From positions 282,860-346,859 of the forward strand of contig JAQUPP010000001.1 of the NCBI GenBank assembly GCA_028716665.1: 64,000 nt of DNA, read 5' to 3'. The stretch comes from Patescibacteria group bacterium. Its GTDB lineage: Bacteria; Patescibacteriota; Patescibacteriia; UBA2591; JAQUPP01. The first letter of the stretch is position 1; the number at the start of each line of letters is the position of its first letter. The notes beneath the pieces were generated by a model. It had not been told where the DNA came from and did no database searches. It saw nothing but the letters and a program-made list of their open reading frames with translations. Of this stretch, positions 8,612-19,383 are shown piece after piece. Position numbers and translations under genes: made by a program.

Positions 8612-9763
8612 ATGACTGACTACTACAAAATATTGGGGGTTGATAAGGGCGCTTCGGAAGAAGAAATAAAGAGGGCTTATCGCCAGGCGGCGCAAAAATA
8701 TCATCCGGATAAACCGGGTGGTAATGCGGAAAAATTCAAAGAAATAAGCGAAGCTTATCAAACTCTTTCTGATCCTGAAAAAAGAAAGTTGTATGAAGAA
8801 TACGGCTCGGCTTTTAAAAATGCCAAAACTCAAGGCGGTTTTAGCGGTTTTGATAATTTCCGTGATTTTGCCAGTTATGCCGAGGCAATGAAAAATCAAG
8901 GCGAAAGAGGAAATGCTTATGGCGGAGAAGATTTTGGTTTTGGAGATTTGGGAGATATTTTCAACAGTTTTTTTTCGTCCCAAGGACGACCAGCCTCGGG
9001 CTGGGGCTTCGGTCAAACCCATCAATCAAGGACACAACATGGCAGGAATATTGAAATAGAAATAACGGTTAATTTTTTTGAATCGGTTTTTGGTGTTGAA
9101 AAAGATATTGAATTTGAAAAATATGTTAAATGCGAAAAATGCAGTGGCAACGGTTTGGAACCGGGCAGCAAATTTTCCACTTGTAAAACTTGCAACGGAC
9201 AAGGACAAGTAATTAAAACTCAATCAACATTTTTAGGAACTTTTCAAAGCGCTGAAGTTTGCTCGTCATGTCACGGCGAAGGACAAATTGCGGAAAAAAA
9301 ATGCAGTCATTGCCGGGGCGAAGGCAGAGTAAAACAATTTTCAAAAATTAAAATAAAAATTCCAGCCGGAATCAGCAGCGGGCAGACAATCAGATTATCG
9401 GGTCAGGGCGAAGCGGGTAAAAAAAGCGGCCGAGCCGGAGATTTATATGTTAGAGTTAAAGTAACTTCAGATATTCGTTTCAATCGCCAAGGAGATGATA
9501 TTTTATCCGAAAAAGAAATTTCCGTTTCTCAAGCAATTTTGGGCGGAGTGGTTGAAGTGGAAACCATTGACGGAATGGTAAAATTAAAAATTGCGCCCGG
9601 TACTACATCGGGTCAAGAAATCCGTTTAAAAGGAAGAGGAGTTATTCATTTGAATTCTCACGGCCGAGGCGATCATATTGTTACGGTTAAAATTCAAATA
9701 CCCAAGTCATTAACCAGAAAGCAAAAAGATATTTTAGAAACCTTGTCCAAAGAAGGATTGTAA
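8612..9763 (+). CDS. dnaJ: chaperone DnaJ
   Basis: J domain with HPD, G/F region, four CxxCxGxG repeats. Confidence 0.97.
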   Translation: MTDYYKILGVDKGASEEEIKRAYRQAAQKYHPDKPGGNAEKFKEISEAYQTLSDPEKRKLYEEYGSAFKNAKTQGGFSGFDNFRDFASYAEAMKNQGERGNAYGGEDFGFGDLGDIFNSFFSSQGRPASGWGFGQTHQSRTQHGRNIEIEITVNFFESVFGVEKDIEFEKYVKCEKCSGNGLEPGSKFSTCKTCNGQGQVIKTQSTFLGTFQSAEVCSSCHGEGQIAEKKCSHCRGEGRVKQFSKIKIKIPAGISSGQTIRLSGQGEAGKKSGRAGDLYVRVKVTSDIRFNRQGDDILSEKEISVSQAILGGVVEVETIDGMVKLKIAPGTTSGQEIRLKGRGVIHLNSHGRGDHIVTVKIQIPKSLTRKQKDILETLSKEGL

Positions 9764-9793
9764 TTTTTTTTGTTAATGTTAAAATAATATAAT

Positions 9794-10102
9794 ATGCCCA
9801 GTAATACAACTTCCAGTATATTCTTCTATTACGTTTATGTTTTGGAAAGCTCCAAAGATAGGGAAAAGTATATTGGGTTTACCTCAAATCTCAAGAAAAG
9901 GATAGAAGAACATAAAAAAGGCCTATCTTCCGCCACTAAACTACGTTTACCCTTAAAGCTTATTTATTATGAGGCATGCTCAAATTTACAAGATGCCAAA
10001 CGCCGTGAACAATATCTAAAAGGCACCCAAGGACGTCGATTCCTTGGTTTAAGACTTCAAGAGTATAAACGCAATCAGAAAGCGTTTGGCTCTGGAAGAT
10101 GA
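9794..10102 (+). CDS. stand-alone GIY-YIG nuclease
   Basis: YVYVL...YIGFTSNLKKRIEEH...YYEA...AKRREQYLK. Confidence 0.9.
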   Translation: MPSNTTSSIFFYYVYVLESSKDREKYIGFTSNLKKRIEEHKKGLSSATKLRLPLKLIYYEACSNLQDAKRREQYLKGTQGRRFLGLRLQEYKRNQKAFGSGR

Positions 10103-10111
10103 TATACTGGG
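9797..10111. mobile_element. putative 315-bp element carrying only the GIY-YIG gene
   Basis: imperfect 20-bp terminal inverted repeats (16/20) flanked by TATG direct repeats. Confidence 0.65.
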
Positions 10112-10112
10112 T

Positions 10113-11426
10113 ATGGATATTACCATCAATGCAGAATGGTTAGTAACAATCATCACTCATCCGCTTTTTCCGCTGATTTCGATGATGATTTTAGCTATTT
10201 TAGGGCTATTATTTTTATCATTGATTTTCAGGATTACTATGCATAATTATAGTAAGCGTCTTCAGGATCAATACGTGTCCAAACAAGAATATGTTCTATT
10301 GGCTCTTGATGTGCCAAGGAATAACGAGCAAGGACCGGAAGCAGTGGAAAGAATGTTCGCTTATCTGTCCGGCGCCAAAGGTACCGGACCGGCAGAACTT
10401 CCTATTTCCGTAGAAATTATTAGTGTGGCATCCCATATTCAATTTCTTATCAGAATTGCGTCTCAATTTCGAGATTTGGCCGAAGCGGCGATTTATGCGT
10501 CTTATCCGGACGCTGAGATAGTAGAAGTGGAAGATTACACAAAAGAAATGCCCGATAAATTTCCGAATGATAAATATGATTTATGGGGAGCGGATTTCAC
10601 TCTTTACAATAAAAATGCTTATCCGATCAGGACATATACAAATTTCGAACATACCATGAGCGGAGAGTTAAAAGATCCAATGATTGATATGTTGGAAATT
10701 TTAGGAAAACTGCAAGAAGGCGAACAAGTTTGGATACAGATTATTATTAAAGTTTCTGCCAAGGGAACCAAAAAAGAATCAGAAACTGTGATTAAAAAAA
10801 TAATGGGAGAAAAAGTTAAATCGCAAAAAACAATTTCCGAACAGTTAATTAATATACCGATTGAATTTTTACAAGCCGCGACTATTATAACTCCTCCGAC
10901 TGCGGGTTCAAGTTCGCCGGAAAAACAAAAAACGGTTTCTCCGGGAGAAAGAAAAATTATTGAAGCGATTCAAAATAAAGCTTCTAAAATTTCTTTTGAA
11001 ACAAAAATGAGAATAATTTATATCGCGGAAAAAGAAGTATTCAATAAATCCAGAGGAGTAATTGGTGTTTTGGGTGCTTTAAATACGGTTAATACTTTGG
11101 ATATGAATGGATTGATGCCGGATAAAACGGCAAAAACGCTTATTAATATGTATGAAACCAGCAAGTCTTCCAGTCCCAAACAGACGGCGATTATGGCCGC
11201 TTATAAGAAAAGAGGGGGTAACTGGAAAATTGAATCGCAATCCCAAAAAGATTGGAAAAAGTTTTTAGATTTTTTGACTATTTCATCACCAAGTAAAAAA
11301 GATATTTTAAATATTGAAGAATTGGCAACGCTTTATCATTTTCCGGTTATTGCTTCAAGAGTTCCTTTGGTTAAGAAAACAGGCAGTAAACGAGGAGAAC
11401 CGCCATTTAGTTTACCAACAAAATAA
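10113..11426 (+). CDS. conserved hypothetical membrane-anchored protein
   Basis: N-terminal TM; IYASYPDAEI, YPIRTY, LNIEELATLYHFP motifs resemble a CPR-typical family; start moved to ATG 10113. Confidence 0.75.
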   Translation: MDITINAEWLVTIITHPLFPLISMMILAILGLLFLSLIFRITMHNYSKRLQDQYVSKQEYVLLALDVPRNNEQGPEAVERMFAYLSGAKGTGPAELPISVEIISVASHIQFLIRIASQFRDLAEAAIYASYPDAEIVEVEDYTKEMPDKFPNDKYDLWGADFTLYNKNAYPIRTYTNFEHTMSGELKDPMIDMLEILGKLQEGEQVWIQIIIKVSAKGTKKESETVIKKIMGEKVKSQKTISEQLINIPIEFLQAATIITPPTAGSSSPEKQKTVSPGERKIIEAIQNKASKISFETKMRIIYIAEKEVFNKSRGVIGVLGALNTVNTLDMNGLMPDKTAKTLINMYETSKSSSPKQTAIMAAYKKRGGNWKIESQSQKDWKKFLDFLTISSPSKKDILNIEELATLYHFPVIASRVPLVKKTGSKRGEPPFSLPTK

Positions 11427-11430
11427 TTTT

Positions 11431-12105
11431 ATGTTATATATTGTTGCCACTCCTATTGGAAATTTACAGGACGTTACCCTAAGAGCATTAGAAATATTGA
11501 AAGAGGCAGATTTTATACTTTGCGAAGACACTCGTCATAGCCGAATTTTTTTAGATCATTATCAAATAAAAATTCCAACCATCAGTTATCACCAGCATTC
11601 CAAATTATCTAAAATGGACTATATTTTGGAATTGATTCAACAGGGTAAAAATTTGGCCTTGATTTGTGATGCCGGCACACCCGGTATTTCCGACCCGGGA
11701 AATAAACTAATCAGTCATTTGGTTGCGCAATTACCTGATTTGAAAATTATTTCCATTCCCGGACCGGCTGCTGTTATTTCAGCTTTAAGCATCTCCGGAT
11801 TTGAAACCGACAAATTTATTTTTTTAGGTTTTCCTCCTCATAAAAAGGGGAGGAAAACATTTTTTGAACAAGCAGCTGAATTCAAATATACTCTTGCTTT
11901 TTATGAATCGCCTTATCGGATTTTAAAAGCTTTAAATGAAATGGCGAATTTGGAAAATTTTAAAGACAGGGAATTAATGGTTGCCAGAGAATTGACGAAA
12001 AAATTTGAAAGTATTTATCGGGGAACGGCTGAGAATATAATAAACAACCTGCCCAAGAACGAAATCAAAGGAGAATTTGTGGTCGTGGTCAGGGCTAAAA
12101 AATAA
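11431..12105 (+). CDS. rsmI: 16S rRNA C1402 2'-O-methyltransferase
   Basis: LYIVATPIGNL, CEDTR, DAGTPGISDPG, YESPYR, RELTK. Confidence 0.96.
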   Translation: MLYIVATPIGNLQDVTLRALEILKEADFILCEDTRHSRIFLDHYQIKIPTISYHQHSKLSKMDYILELIQQGKNLALICDAGTPGISDPGNKLISHLVAQLPDLKIISIPGPAAVISALSISGFETDKFIFLGFPPHKKGRKTFFEQAAEFKYTLAFYESPYRILKALNEMANLENFKDRELMVARELTKKFESIYRGTAENIINNLPKNEIKGEFVVVVRAKK

Positions 12106-12173
12106 TTTTTTGTTTTTTAAAAATTATTGTAATTTAAAACCCGCGCTATTATATAGCACGGGTTTGATAAGAA

Positions 12174-12893
12174 TTACAAATGAGAATTCCAGGTCGGAGT
12201 AATTTTTTCAGCTATTTTCGGATTATAAGCGCTGAATTGACTGGCGATTGCCACTCCGACAAGTGAGCCGACAATATCAAAAACAGTATTTTGCCAATGA
12301 ATATTTTCTTTTTTTGGGAAAAACAGCAGTTGATTTGCAGTCCAAGAAATATCAGGAATAGTAGTGGCAAAAAAAGTGTAACAAAATAAATCTTTATCAG
12401 AAATAACGCCCGGTGGTTCAATAGTTTTTTCCATAGCATAATGAGCTCCGCTGATTATGCCATTCACCCCAAATCTCAGCCAATTATTTTTTCTGTATTC
12501 TGTGGTGATTTGTTGCAAAAAGTGAGATTCGGGTTTACGATATACGAGCATAATACCTACCCCGATAAAAGACCCCCCTACATCGGAGATAAAATCTCTT
12601 ACAGAAAATCCATCATTTATCAAAGGATAAAAACCGCTTGTTGTTTCATAGGTTATTCCGAAAACAACAGAACTCATAAACGCGTAAGAAAGCAGTTGAG
12701 AATATTGTTCTGTCGGCCATTCTGATTTATCGGCAAGGCAAATATATGAAGTAAAACCAAGATGAGCGAAACAGTGCCAAGCTTTATCTGAGGCCCAAGA
12801 ATCTTCTTCAGTCGGTGTGAAAATAAAACAGGCAGTCTTAACAGGAATAATTAAACTGATAATGATTAATCCCCAAAATAGAATTTTATTCAT
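12174..12893 (-). CDS. hypothetical membrane protein, YfiM/DUF2279-like N-terminal motif
   Basis: signal peptide, DSW.SDK..H, YE...GFS..D...D..G pattern; SD AGGAGG. Confidence 0.6.
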   Translation of the reverse strand: MNKILFWGLIIISLIIPVKTACFIFTPTEEDSWASDKAWHCFAHLGFTSYICLADKSEWPTEQYSQLLSYAFMSSVVFGITYETTSGFYPLINDGFSVRDFISDVGGSFIGVGIMLVYRKPESHFLQQITTEYRKNNWLRFGVNGIISGAHYAMEKTIEPPGVISDKDLFCYTFFATTIPDISWTANQLLFFPKKENIHWQNTVFDIVGSLVGVAIASQFSAYNPKIAEKITPTWNSHL

Positions 12894-12951
12894 TTTTTCC
12901 TCCTTTTAAAGATCTATTTAAACTATAACAAACTATATAAAATAATCAAAT

Positions 12952-14469
12952 ATGAATAATAAATTTTATATCACTACTCCCATTTATTACGTTAATGATA
13001 AGCCTCATGTCGGAGGAGCATACACGACAATCGCGGCTGATGTTTTAGCGCGATTTCATCGAATGAAAGGCGATCAAGTTTTTTTCTTGACCGGCACTGA
13101 CGAGCATGGTGAAAAAATAGCTATTTCCGCTGAAGCCAATCATAAAACTCCAAAAGAATGGTGCGATGAAAATTCCGCCAAATATGAAGAAGCTTGGGAT
13201 GTTTTAAAAATTTCTCATGATAATTTTATCAGAACCACGGATCCAAAGCATGAAAAAGCAGTAGTGAAAGTTTTGGAAAAATTATTTGAAAAAAAATTAA
13301 TTTATACAGGAACCTACCAGGGGCTTTATTGTATAGATTGCGAAAGATATTATACGCCCAAAGAATTGGTTGACGGTAAATGTCCGTTTCATCATCATGA
13401 ATTAGTAACACTCTCAGAAGATTGTTACTTTTTTAAATTATCAGCCTTTCAGGATATTTTGTTAAAATTGATTTCCAGTAATGAATTTTTAATTGAACCG
13501 GAAGAAAGAAAAAATGAAATTTTAGGTTTTTTAAAATCTGAAAAATTAGAAGACTTGGCTGTTTCCAGAAAAAAGGTAAAATGGGGTATTGAATTCCCAC
13601 TGAACAAAGAACAAACTATTTATGTTTGGGTTGACGCATTGTTTAATTATTTATCAGGTATTGATTGGGATGGCGACGTTAAAAAATTGCCGAAATTTTG
13701 GCCGCCGGAGGTGCAATTAATCGGCAAGGATATTTTACGTTTTCATGCCGTAATGTGGCCGGCACTTCTTTTGGCTCTGGAATTGCCTTTGCCGAAAAAA
13801 CTTTTTGCTCACGGATTTTTTACCGTTAATGGCCAAAAAATGTCCAAATCTTTAGGCACGGGAGTTAATCCGGAAGAATTAGCTGTAACTTTTGGCGCTG
13901 ATTCTCTAAGATGGTTATTGCTTTCTTTATTTCCTTTTGGCCAGGACGGAGATCTCTCAGAGTCAAGACTTTATGATAAATATAATTCCGATTTATCCAA
14001 TGGTTTAGGAAATTTAGTCAGACGAGTTTTGACTTTAGCTCAAGACGGCTCGGAATTTGTCTCTTCCAAAATTATTAATGTTGAATTCAAAGAAAAAATT
14101 GATTCTGTTTGGCAAAAATACGAAAAAGCTTTGGACGGACTGCATTTTGAAATAGCTATTGCGCAAATCAATGATTTGATTTTTTTCTGCGATAAATATA
14201 TCAATCAGGAAGAACCTTGGAAATTGTCAAAAACAAATCCGGAAAAACTGAAAGATGTATTATATAATCTACTTGAATCTTTACGACATTTATCATGTTT
14301 GGCTTGGCCGTTTATGCCGGATAAGAGTAATTTAATATTGGAATCTTTGGGAATTTTAAATCAGGAACACAAGAAAAGTCTTTCAGAAATAAAAAAATTC
14401 GGTGAAGTAAATTTTGAAAAAGTCAGCCAAGGAAAAGTTTTATTTCCGAAAATTGAGAGTGTTAAATAA
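12952..14469 (+). CDS. metG: methionyl-tRNA synthetase
   Basis: FYITTPIYYVN, HVGG (HIGH variant), GTDEHG, YVWVDAL, KMSKS. Confidence 0.96.
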   Translation: MNNKFYITTPIYYVNDKPHVGGAYTTIAADVLARFHRMKGDQVFFLTGTDEHGEKIAISAEANHKTPKEWCDENSAKYEEAWDVLKISHDNFIRTTDPKHEKAVVKVLEKLFEKKLIYTGTYQGLYCIDCERYYTPKELVDGKCPFHHHELVTLSEDCYFFKLSAFQDILLKLISSNEFLIEPEERKNEILGFLKSEKLEDLAVSRKKVKWGIEFPLNKEQTIYVWVDALFNYLSGIDWDGDVKKLPKFWPPEVQLIGKDILRFHAVMWPALLLALELPLPKKLFAHGFFTVNGQKMSKSLGTGVNPEELAVTFGADSLRWLLLSLFPFGQDGDLSESRLYDKYNSDLSNGLGNLVRRVLTLAQDGSEFVSSKIINVEFKEKIDSVWQKYEKALDGLHFEIAIAQINDLIFFCDKYINQEEPWKLSKTNPEKLKDVLYNLLESLRHLSCLAWPFMPDKSNLILESLGILNQEHKKSLSEIKKFGEVNFEKVSQGKVLFPKIESVK

Positions 14470-14488
14470 TTAACTAATTTTAAAATTT

Positions 14489-15001
14489 ATGACATTTTTT
14501 GATTTAGTTTTATTATTAGTCCTTTTTGGTTTTATTTGGTTTAATTTTTGGCAAGGCTTGGTTACCAGTCTGGGCGGAATTATCAGTTTAATTTTGGGCG
14601 TAACTTTTGCCACCCGTTGGTATGATATAATTGCTTCAAATTTTTTAGTTTCAATAATTCATAATCAGAATATTTCAAGGCTTATTGCTTTTATTCTGAT
14701 TTTTATTATTGCTCGTTTTATTGTAATTTTAATATTCAAAATTATAAATAAAATTTTTGATTTACTGTCTCTGATTCCGTTTCTACAACCCATTAATCAT
14801 TTAGGCGGAGGAATTTTTGGTTTAATAGAAGGAGGACTGTCGATTGGTCTAGTTTTAGATTTTTTAAGCAAATTTCCTTGGGGGAATTGGTTGGCTAAAC
14901 TTTTAGCCTCTTCAAATATTGCTCCGATTCTGGTAAAATTCAGTCATATTTTATCTCCGCTTTTGCCCGAAGTTTTCAAACAAATTAAATCTTTAATATA
15001 A
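14489..15001 (+). CDS. CvpA-family membrane protein
   Basis: multi-TM with INHLGGGIFGLIEG motif. Confidence 0.8.
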   Translation: MTFFDLVLLLVLFGFIWFNFWQGLVTSLGGIISLILGVTFATRWYDIIASNFLVSIIHNQNISRLIAFILIFIIARFIVILIFKIINKIFDLLSLIPFLQPINHLGGGIFGLIEGGLSIGLVLDFLSKFPWGNWLAKLLASSNIAPILVKFSHILSPLLPEVFKQIKSLI

Positions 15002-15027
15002 TTTGATAATAATTTAAAATTAAGCCT

Positions 15028-17121
15028 ATGAAAAAAATCGCTCCTTTAACCAAAGTAAAAAAAAGAGATGGCCAATTGGCGCCGTTTGATCAAAGTCGAA
15101 TTGAAAACGCAATTTTTAAGGCCATTACGGCTGTTTCCGGAAAAGACGGGAACATATCAAAAAAATTATCCGCTAAAGTGGTTAAAATTATTGGACGACG
15201 TTTTAGAGATATTATTCCAAGCGTGGAAGACATTCAAAATATCGTTGAAGAAGTTTTAATTTTATCGGATTTGGTTAAAGAAGCTAAAGCTTATATTTTA
15301 TATCGAGAACAACACAGTAATATAAGAGACATGGCTTTGTCCATGGAAAACGTGGCAGTCGTGGATCAATATTTGGGCGAAAAAGATTGGGAAGTGAAAG
15401 AAAATGCCAATATGAGTTATTCTCTTCAAGGCTTGAATAACTATATTTCAAACACCATTACAAAAAATTATTGGTTGCATAAAATTTATCCGGGGGAAAT
15501 TCGCGATGCGGTTAAAAGCGGCGATTTTCATCTTCATAATTTAGGCATTTTGGCTCCTTATTGCATGGGTTGGGATCTCTATGATTTTTTATCTCAGGGT
15601 TTCACTGGTGTTTTTGGAAAAATTTCTTCAAAACCGCCGAAACATTTCAGAGCTGCCTTGGGTCAGATAGTTAATTTTATTTATACTGTTCAAGGGGAAT
15701 GCGCCGGCGCGGTCGCTTTTTCTTCTTTCGATACTTTCCTTGCTCCTTTTATCAGATATGACAAATTAACTTATCCGCAAGTCAAACAAGCAATGCAGGA
15801 ATTTTTATTTAATTGCAATGTTCCAACTAGAGTTGGTTTCCAGACGCCTTTTGAAAATGTAACTATTGATTTGACTCCGCCCGAGGCCCTGGCAAAATCA
15901 CCGGTAATTATCGGGGGCAAACTTCAAAAAGAAACTTATGGTGAATTCCAAAAAGAAATGGATATGTTTAATCGGGCTTTTGCCGAAGTAATGTGCGAGG
16001 GAGATGCTCATTCCAGAATTTTTACTTTTCCGATTCCGACTTACAATATCACTAAAAATTTTGATTGGGAAAATCCGGCCTTAAAACCTCTTTGGGAAAT
16101 GACGGCAAAATTCGGCATACCTTATTTTTCTAATTTTATTAATTCTGATTTAAACCCGGAAGATGTCCGTTCAATGTGCTGCCGTCTCAGATTGGAAACA
16201 AAAACACTTCATCATCGCGGCGGCGGACTTTTTGGTTCAGCTCCATTGACCGGTTCTATCGGTGTGGTAACAATTAATCTTCCAAGAATCGGTTATTTGG
16301 CCAAAACTGATCAAGAATTTTTTGAGAAACTTGGTCGAGTGATGGATTTAGCCAGAGAAAGTTTGGAAATTAAAAGAAAAACTTTGGAAGAATTGATTGA
16401 AAAAGGACTTTATCCTTATTCCAAATTTTATTTGCGAAATATCAAACAATTGCGCGGCAATTATTGGGCCAATCATTTCTCAACCATCGGATTAATCGGC
16501 ATGAATGAAGCATTGATTAATTTTATGGGCGAAAATATTGTTTCAAAGCCAGGCAGAGAATTCGCTCTAAAAGTTTTAGATTTTATGCGCGAGAAATTGG
16601 TGACATACCAAAATGAGACCGGTAATATTTATAATTTGGAAGCTACTCCGGCTGAAGGGACAAGTTATCGCTTGGCTAGACAAGACAAAAAAATATATCC
16701 GGATATTATCACTGCCGGAAAAGAAGTGCCGTATTATACTAACTCCACTCAATTCCCGGTTAATGATCAAAACGGATTATTTGAGATTTTAAAAGCTCAA
16801 GATGGTTTTCAGACAAAATATAACGGTGGCACGGTTTTTCATGCTTTTTTGGGAGAAAGAATCAATGATATCTCGGTGGTAAAAACAATAATTAAAAAAG
16901 TTTTTGAGAATTTCCGTTTACCGTATTTTACCTTGTCGCCGACATTCAGTATTTGTCCGAATCACGGTTATTTAAGCGGTGAACAATTCAAATGTCCGCA
17001 ATGCGGCGCTGAAAACGAAGTTTATTCTCGCGTGGTCGGTTATTATCGTCCGGTTCAACAATGGAACAAAGGGAAGCAAGAAGAATATCAAGACAGACAA
17101 GAATTTGATATTACTCTATAA
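15028..17121 (+). CDS. nrdD: anaerobic class III ribonucleotide reductase with ATP cone
   Basis: VKKRDG ATP cone, FTFPIPT, SMCCRL, EATPAE, C-terminal RVVGYY glycyl-radical motif. Confidence 0.95.
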   Translation: MKKIAPLTKVKKRDGQLAPFDQSRIENAIFKAITAVSGKDGNISKKLSAKVVKIIGRRFRDIIPSVEDIQNIVEEVLILSDLVKEAKAYILYREQHSNIRDMALSMENVAVVDQYLGEKDWEVKENANMSYSLQGLNNYISNTITKNYWLHKIYPGEIRDAVKSGDFHLHNLGILAPYCMGWDLYDFLSQGFTGVFGKISSKPPKHFRAALGQIVNFIYTVQGECAGAVAFSSFDTFLAPFIRYDKLTYPQVKQAMQEFLFNCNVPTRVGFQTPFENVTIDLTPPEALAKSPVIIGGKLQKETYGEFQKEMDMFNRAFAEVMCEGDAHSRIFTFPIPTYNITKNFDWENPALKPLWEMTAKFGIPYFSNFINSDLNPEDVRSMCCRLRLETKTLHHRGGGLFGSAPLTGSIGVVTINLPRIGYLAKTDQEFFEKLGRVMDLARESLEIKRKTLEELIEKGLYPYSKFYLRNIKQLRGNYWANHFSTIGLIGMNEALINFMGENIVSKPGREFALKVLDFMREKLVTYQNETGNIYNLEATPAEGTSYRLARQDKKIYPDIITAGKEVPYYTNSTQFPVNDQNGLFEILKAQDGFQTKYNGGTVFHAFLGERINDISVVKTIIKKVFENFRLPYFTLSPTFSICPNHGYLSGEQFKCPQCGAENEVYSRVVGYYRPVQQWNKGKQEEYQDRQEFDITL

Positions 17122-17194
17122 TAGAATTTTTAATTTTAAATTTTCAATCCGCCAACTTTAAAATAGTGGCGGATTGGATTTAAACAGCATTATT

Positions 17195-17905
17195 ATGATA
17201 TTCAAGGGTTGGCGAAAAGAGTCTTTTATTGAATGGCCGGGCAAAATTACGACGGTCGTTTTTGTCGGAGGATGTAATTTTTGCTGCCCTTTTTGTTATA
17301 ATAGAACTTTAGTCTTGCATCCTCAAGAATTACCTGACATTGACGAGAAAGAGGTTCTGCAATATTTGGAAGAAAATAAAAAAATGATTGAAGGTGTGGT
17401 AATCACCGGAGGAGAACCGCTTACTTCATTTAATTTGAAGTCTCCTTTGATTGAATTTATTAAAAAAGTTAAAGAATTAGAATTGGTAGTTGGGATTGAA
17501 ACCAACGGGACAAATCCGGCCGCGATTGAATATTTGATAAAAAATAAACTGATTGATTACATAGCCATGGATATTAAAGCGCCGCTGGAATCAAAAAAAT
17601 ATCAACAGCTTTCTCAAAAATCGGTTAATTTGGGAAATATCAAAAAAAGCATTAAAATGATTATCGCCTCAAAACTTGATTATGAATTTAGAACTACGGT
17701 TGTCCCGGGCTTGTTGAATCAAGATGATATTTTAAAAATTGCCAAACAAATAAAAGGCGCCAAGAAATATGCCTTGAACCAATTTAATCCTAAAGACGTA
17801 ATAGATAAAAAGACAGGATTGATAAAACCGTATTCCAAAAAATGGTTTAATGAAACTGCTAAAAAAATAAAACCGTATTGTCTTCAAATAGAAGCGAGAA
17901 TATGA
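17195..17905 (+). CDS. nrdG: anaerobic RNR activating radical SAM enzyme
   Basis: GCNFCCPFCYN, TGGEP, adjacent to nrdD. Confidence 0.9.
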   Translation: MIFKGWRKESFIEWPGKITTVVFVGGCNFCCPFCYNRTLVLHPQELPDIDEKEVLQYLEENKKMIEGVVITGGEPLTSFNLKSPLIEFIKKVKELELVVGIETNGTNPAAIEYLIKNKLIDYIAMDIKAPLESKKYQQLSQKSVNLGNIKKSIKMIIASKLDYEFRTTVVPGLLNQDDILKIAKQIKGAKKYALNQFNPKDVIDKKTGLIKPYSKKWFNETAKKIKPYCLQIEARI

Positions 17906-17991
17906 TTGTTCAAAAACTGGGATTGTATCCTTTGAAATAAGGGTTTATAATATAATTATTAGTTAAAGTTAATAAAATTATCTTAAAATTT

Positions 17992-19383
17992 ATGTTCAAA
18001 AAAATATTTAGGAACAATGAACCAATAGATAATTCTTTGGGGGCAGATGAAGCCCAAGTTATCTGGACGGAAAAACCGAGAGAACAAAAAAAATCACCAC
18101 CCTTTTTAACTTTTACTTTGGCGCTTCGACCGGTGGTAGTGATAATTATGATCAGTATTTTAATCGGTGCTGCCGCTGGCGCGGTAACAGGATTTTATGC
18201 CGGCAGTTACGCATTGACTAAATTTGTTTCTTACTCTACTCCGACTATTCTTCACTCTTCGTCTCAGGTTGCGACTCAAAGCCAAATAGATCCAACCAAT
18301 ACAATCGCACCGATTATTTTAGGCAATCAAGAGGAGAGCGACATTGTTTCCGCAGTTAAAAAAACCAGCCCAGCCGTGGTTAATGTTATTGTTTCAAAAT
18401 ATGTAACCACTTATTATAGCGATACTACCAGTCCTTTTGATGAATTATTCAATGACTGGTTTGGACAGAGCACGCCTACTCCAACTCCAAATAGCAGTCA
18501 AAAACAAAAACAAGAAGTCGGCGGCGGAACAGGATTTGTTGTTTCTTCCAAGGATGGTTTGATTTTGACCAACAAGCATGTGGCCAGCGATGAAACCGCA
18601 GAATACACGGTTGTGACAAATGACGGGAAAAAATATGACGCGAAAATTTTAGCCCAAGATCCATTTAATGACATTGCCATTTTAAAGATTGAAATTAAGG
18701 ATTTACCTGAAGTTAAATTGGGTGATTCTGAAAAAATTCAAATTGGTCAAACAGTTATTGCTATCGGTAATGCTTTGGGCGAATACAGAAACACGGTTAC
18801 CAAGGGCGTGATCAGCGGTGTCGGCAGACGGGTGGTGGCTGGTGATAATGCCGGTCTGTCAGAAGTCTTGGAAAATGTAATCCAAACAGATGCGGCGATT
18901 AATTTGGGTAATTCCGGCGGACCATTAATTAATACTCATGGCGAAGTGATTGGTATCAATACCGCCATTAACAGTCAGGGGCAAATGATAGGTTTTGCCA
19001 TTCCGATCAATCAGGCCAAGCAAGTGATTGAAAGCGTCAAAAAATACGGTAAGATTGTCAGGCCGTATTTGGGCGTAAGGTATGTTTTAATTAATGAAGA
19101 AATAGTTAAAAAAAATAATTTATCCGTTAATTACGGGGCTTTAGTTTTGCGCGGCAGTGATCAGACTGAATTGGCCATTATCCCGGGCGGACCGGCCGAT
19201 AAAGCGGGTATTGAAGAAGGCGATATTATTTTAGAAGTTAATGGCGCAAAAATTACTGAAGAGAATTCTTTAAGCAAAACGATTCAAAATCTTAAACCCG
19301 GAGATGAAGTGGAATTAAAAATTTTACACAAAGGCGCGGAAAAAACAGTTAAGGTGGAATTAGAAGAATATTTACCCCGTTAG
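17992..19383 (+). CDS. htrA: membrane-anchored HtrA/DegP serine protease with PDZ domain
   Basis: TNKHV, DIA, QTDAAINLGNSGGP, C-terminal PDZ. Confidence 0.93.
   Translation: MFKKIFRNNEPIDNSLGADEAQVIWTEKPREQKKSPPFLTFTLALRPVVVIIMISILIGAAAGAVTGFYAGSYALTKFVSYSTPTILHSSSQVATQSQIDPTNTIAPIILGNQEESDIVSAVKKTSPAVVNVIVSKYVTTYYSDTTSPFDELFNDWFGQSTPTPTPNSSQKQKQEVGGGTGFVVSSKDGLILTNKHVASDETAEYTVVTNDGKKYDAKILAQDPFNDIAILKIEIKDLPEVKLGDSEKIQIGQTVIAIGNALGEYRNTVTKGVISGVGRRVVAGDNAGLSEVLENVIQTDAAINLGNSGGPLINTHGEVIGINTAINSQGQMIGFAIPINQAKQVIESVKKYGKIVRPYLGVRYVLINEEIVKKNNLSVNYGALVLRGSDQTELAIIPGGPADKAGIEEGDIILEVNGAKITEENSLSKTIQNLKPGDEVELKILHKGAEKTVKVELEEYLPR

Noticed and set aside
12990-13030. MetRS HIGH motif reading HVGG as a sign of inactivation
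   Set aside because: The rest of the enzyme, including KMSKS, is intact; HIGH variants are common.
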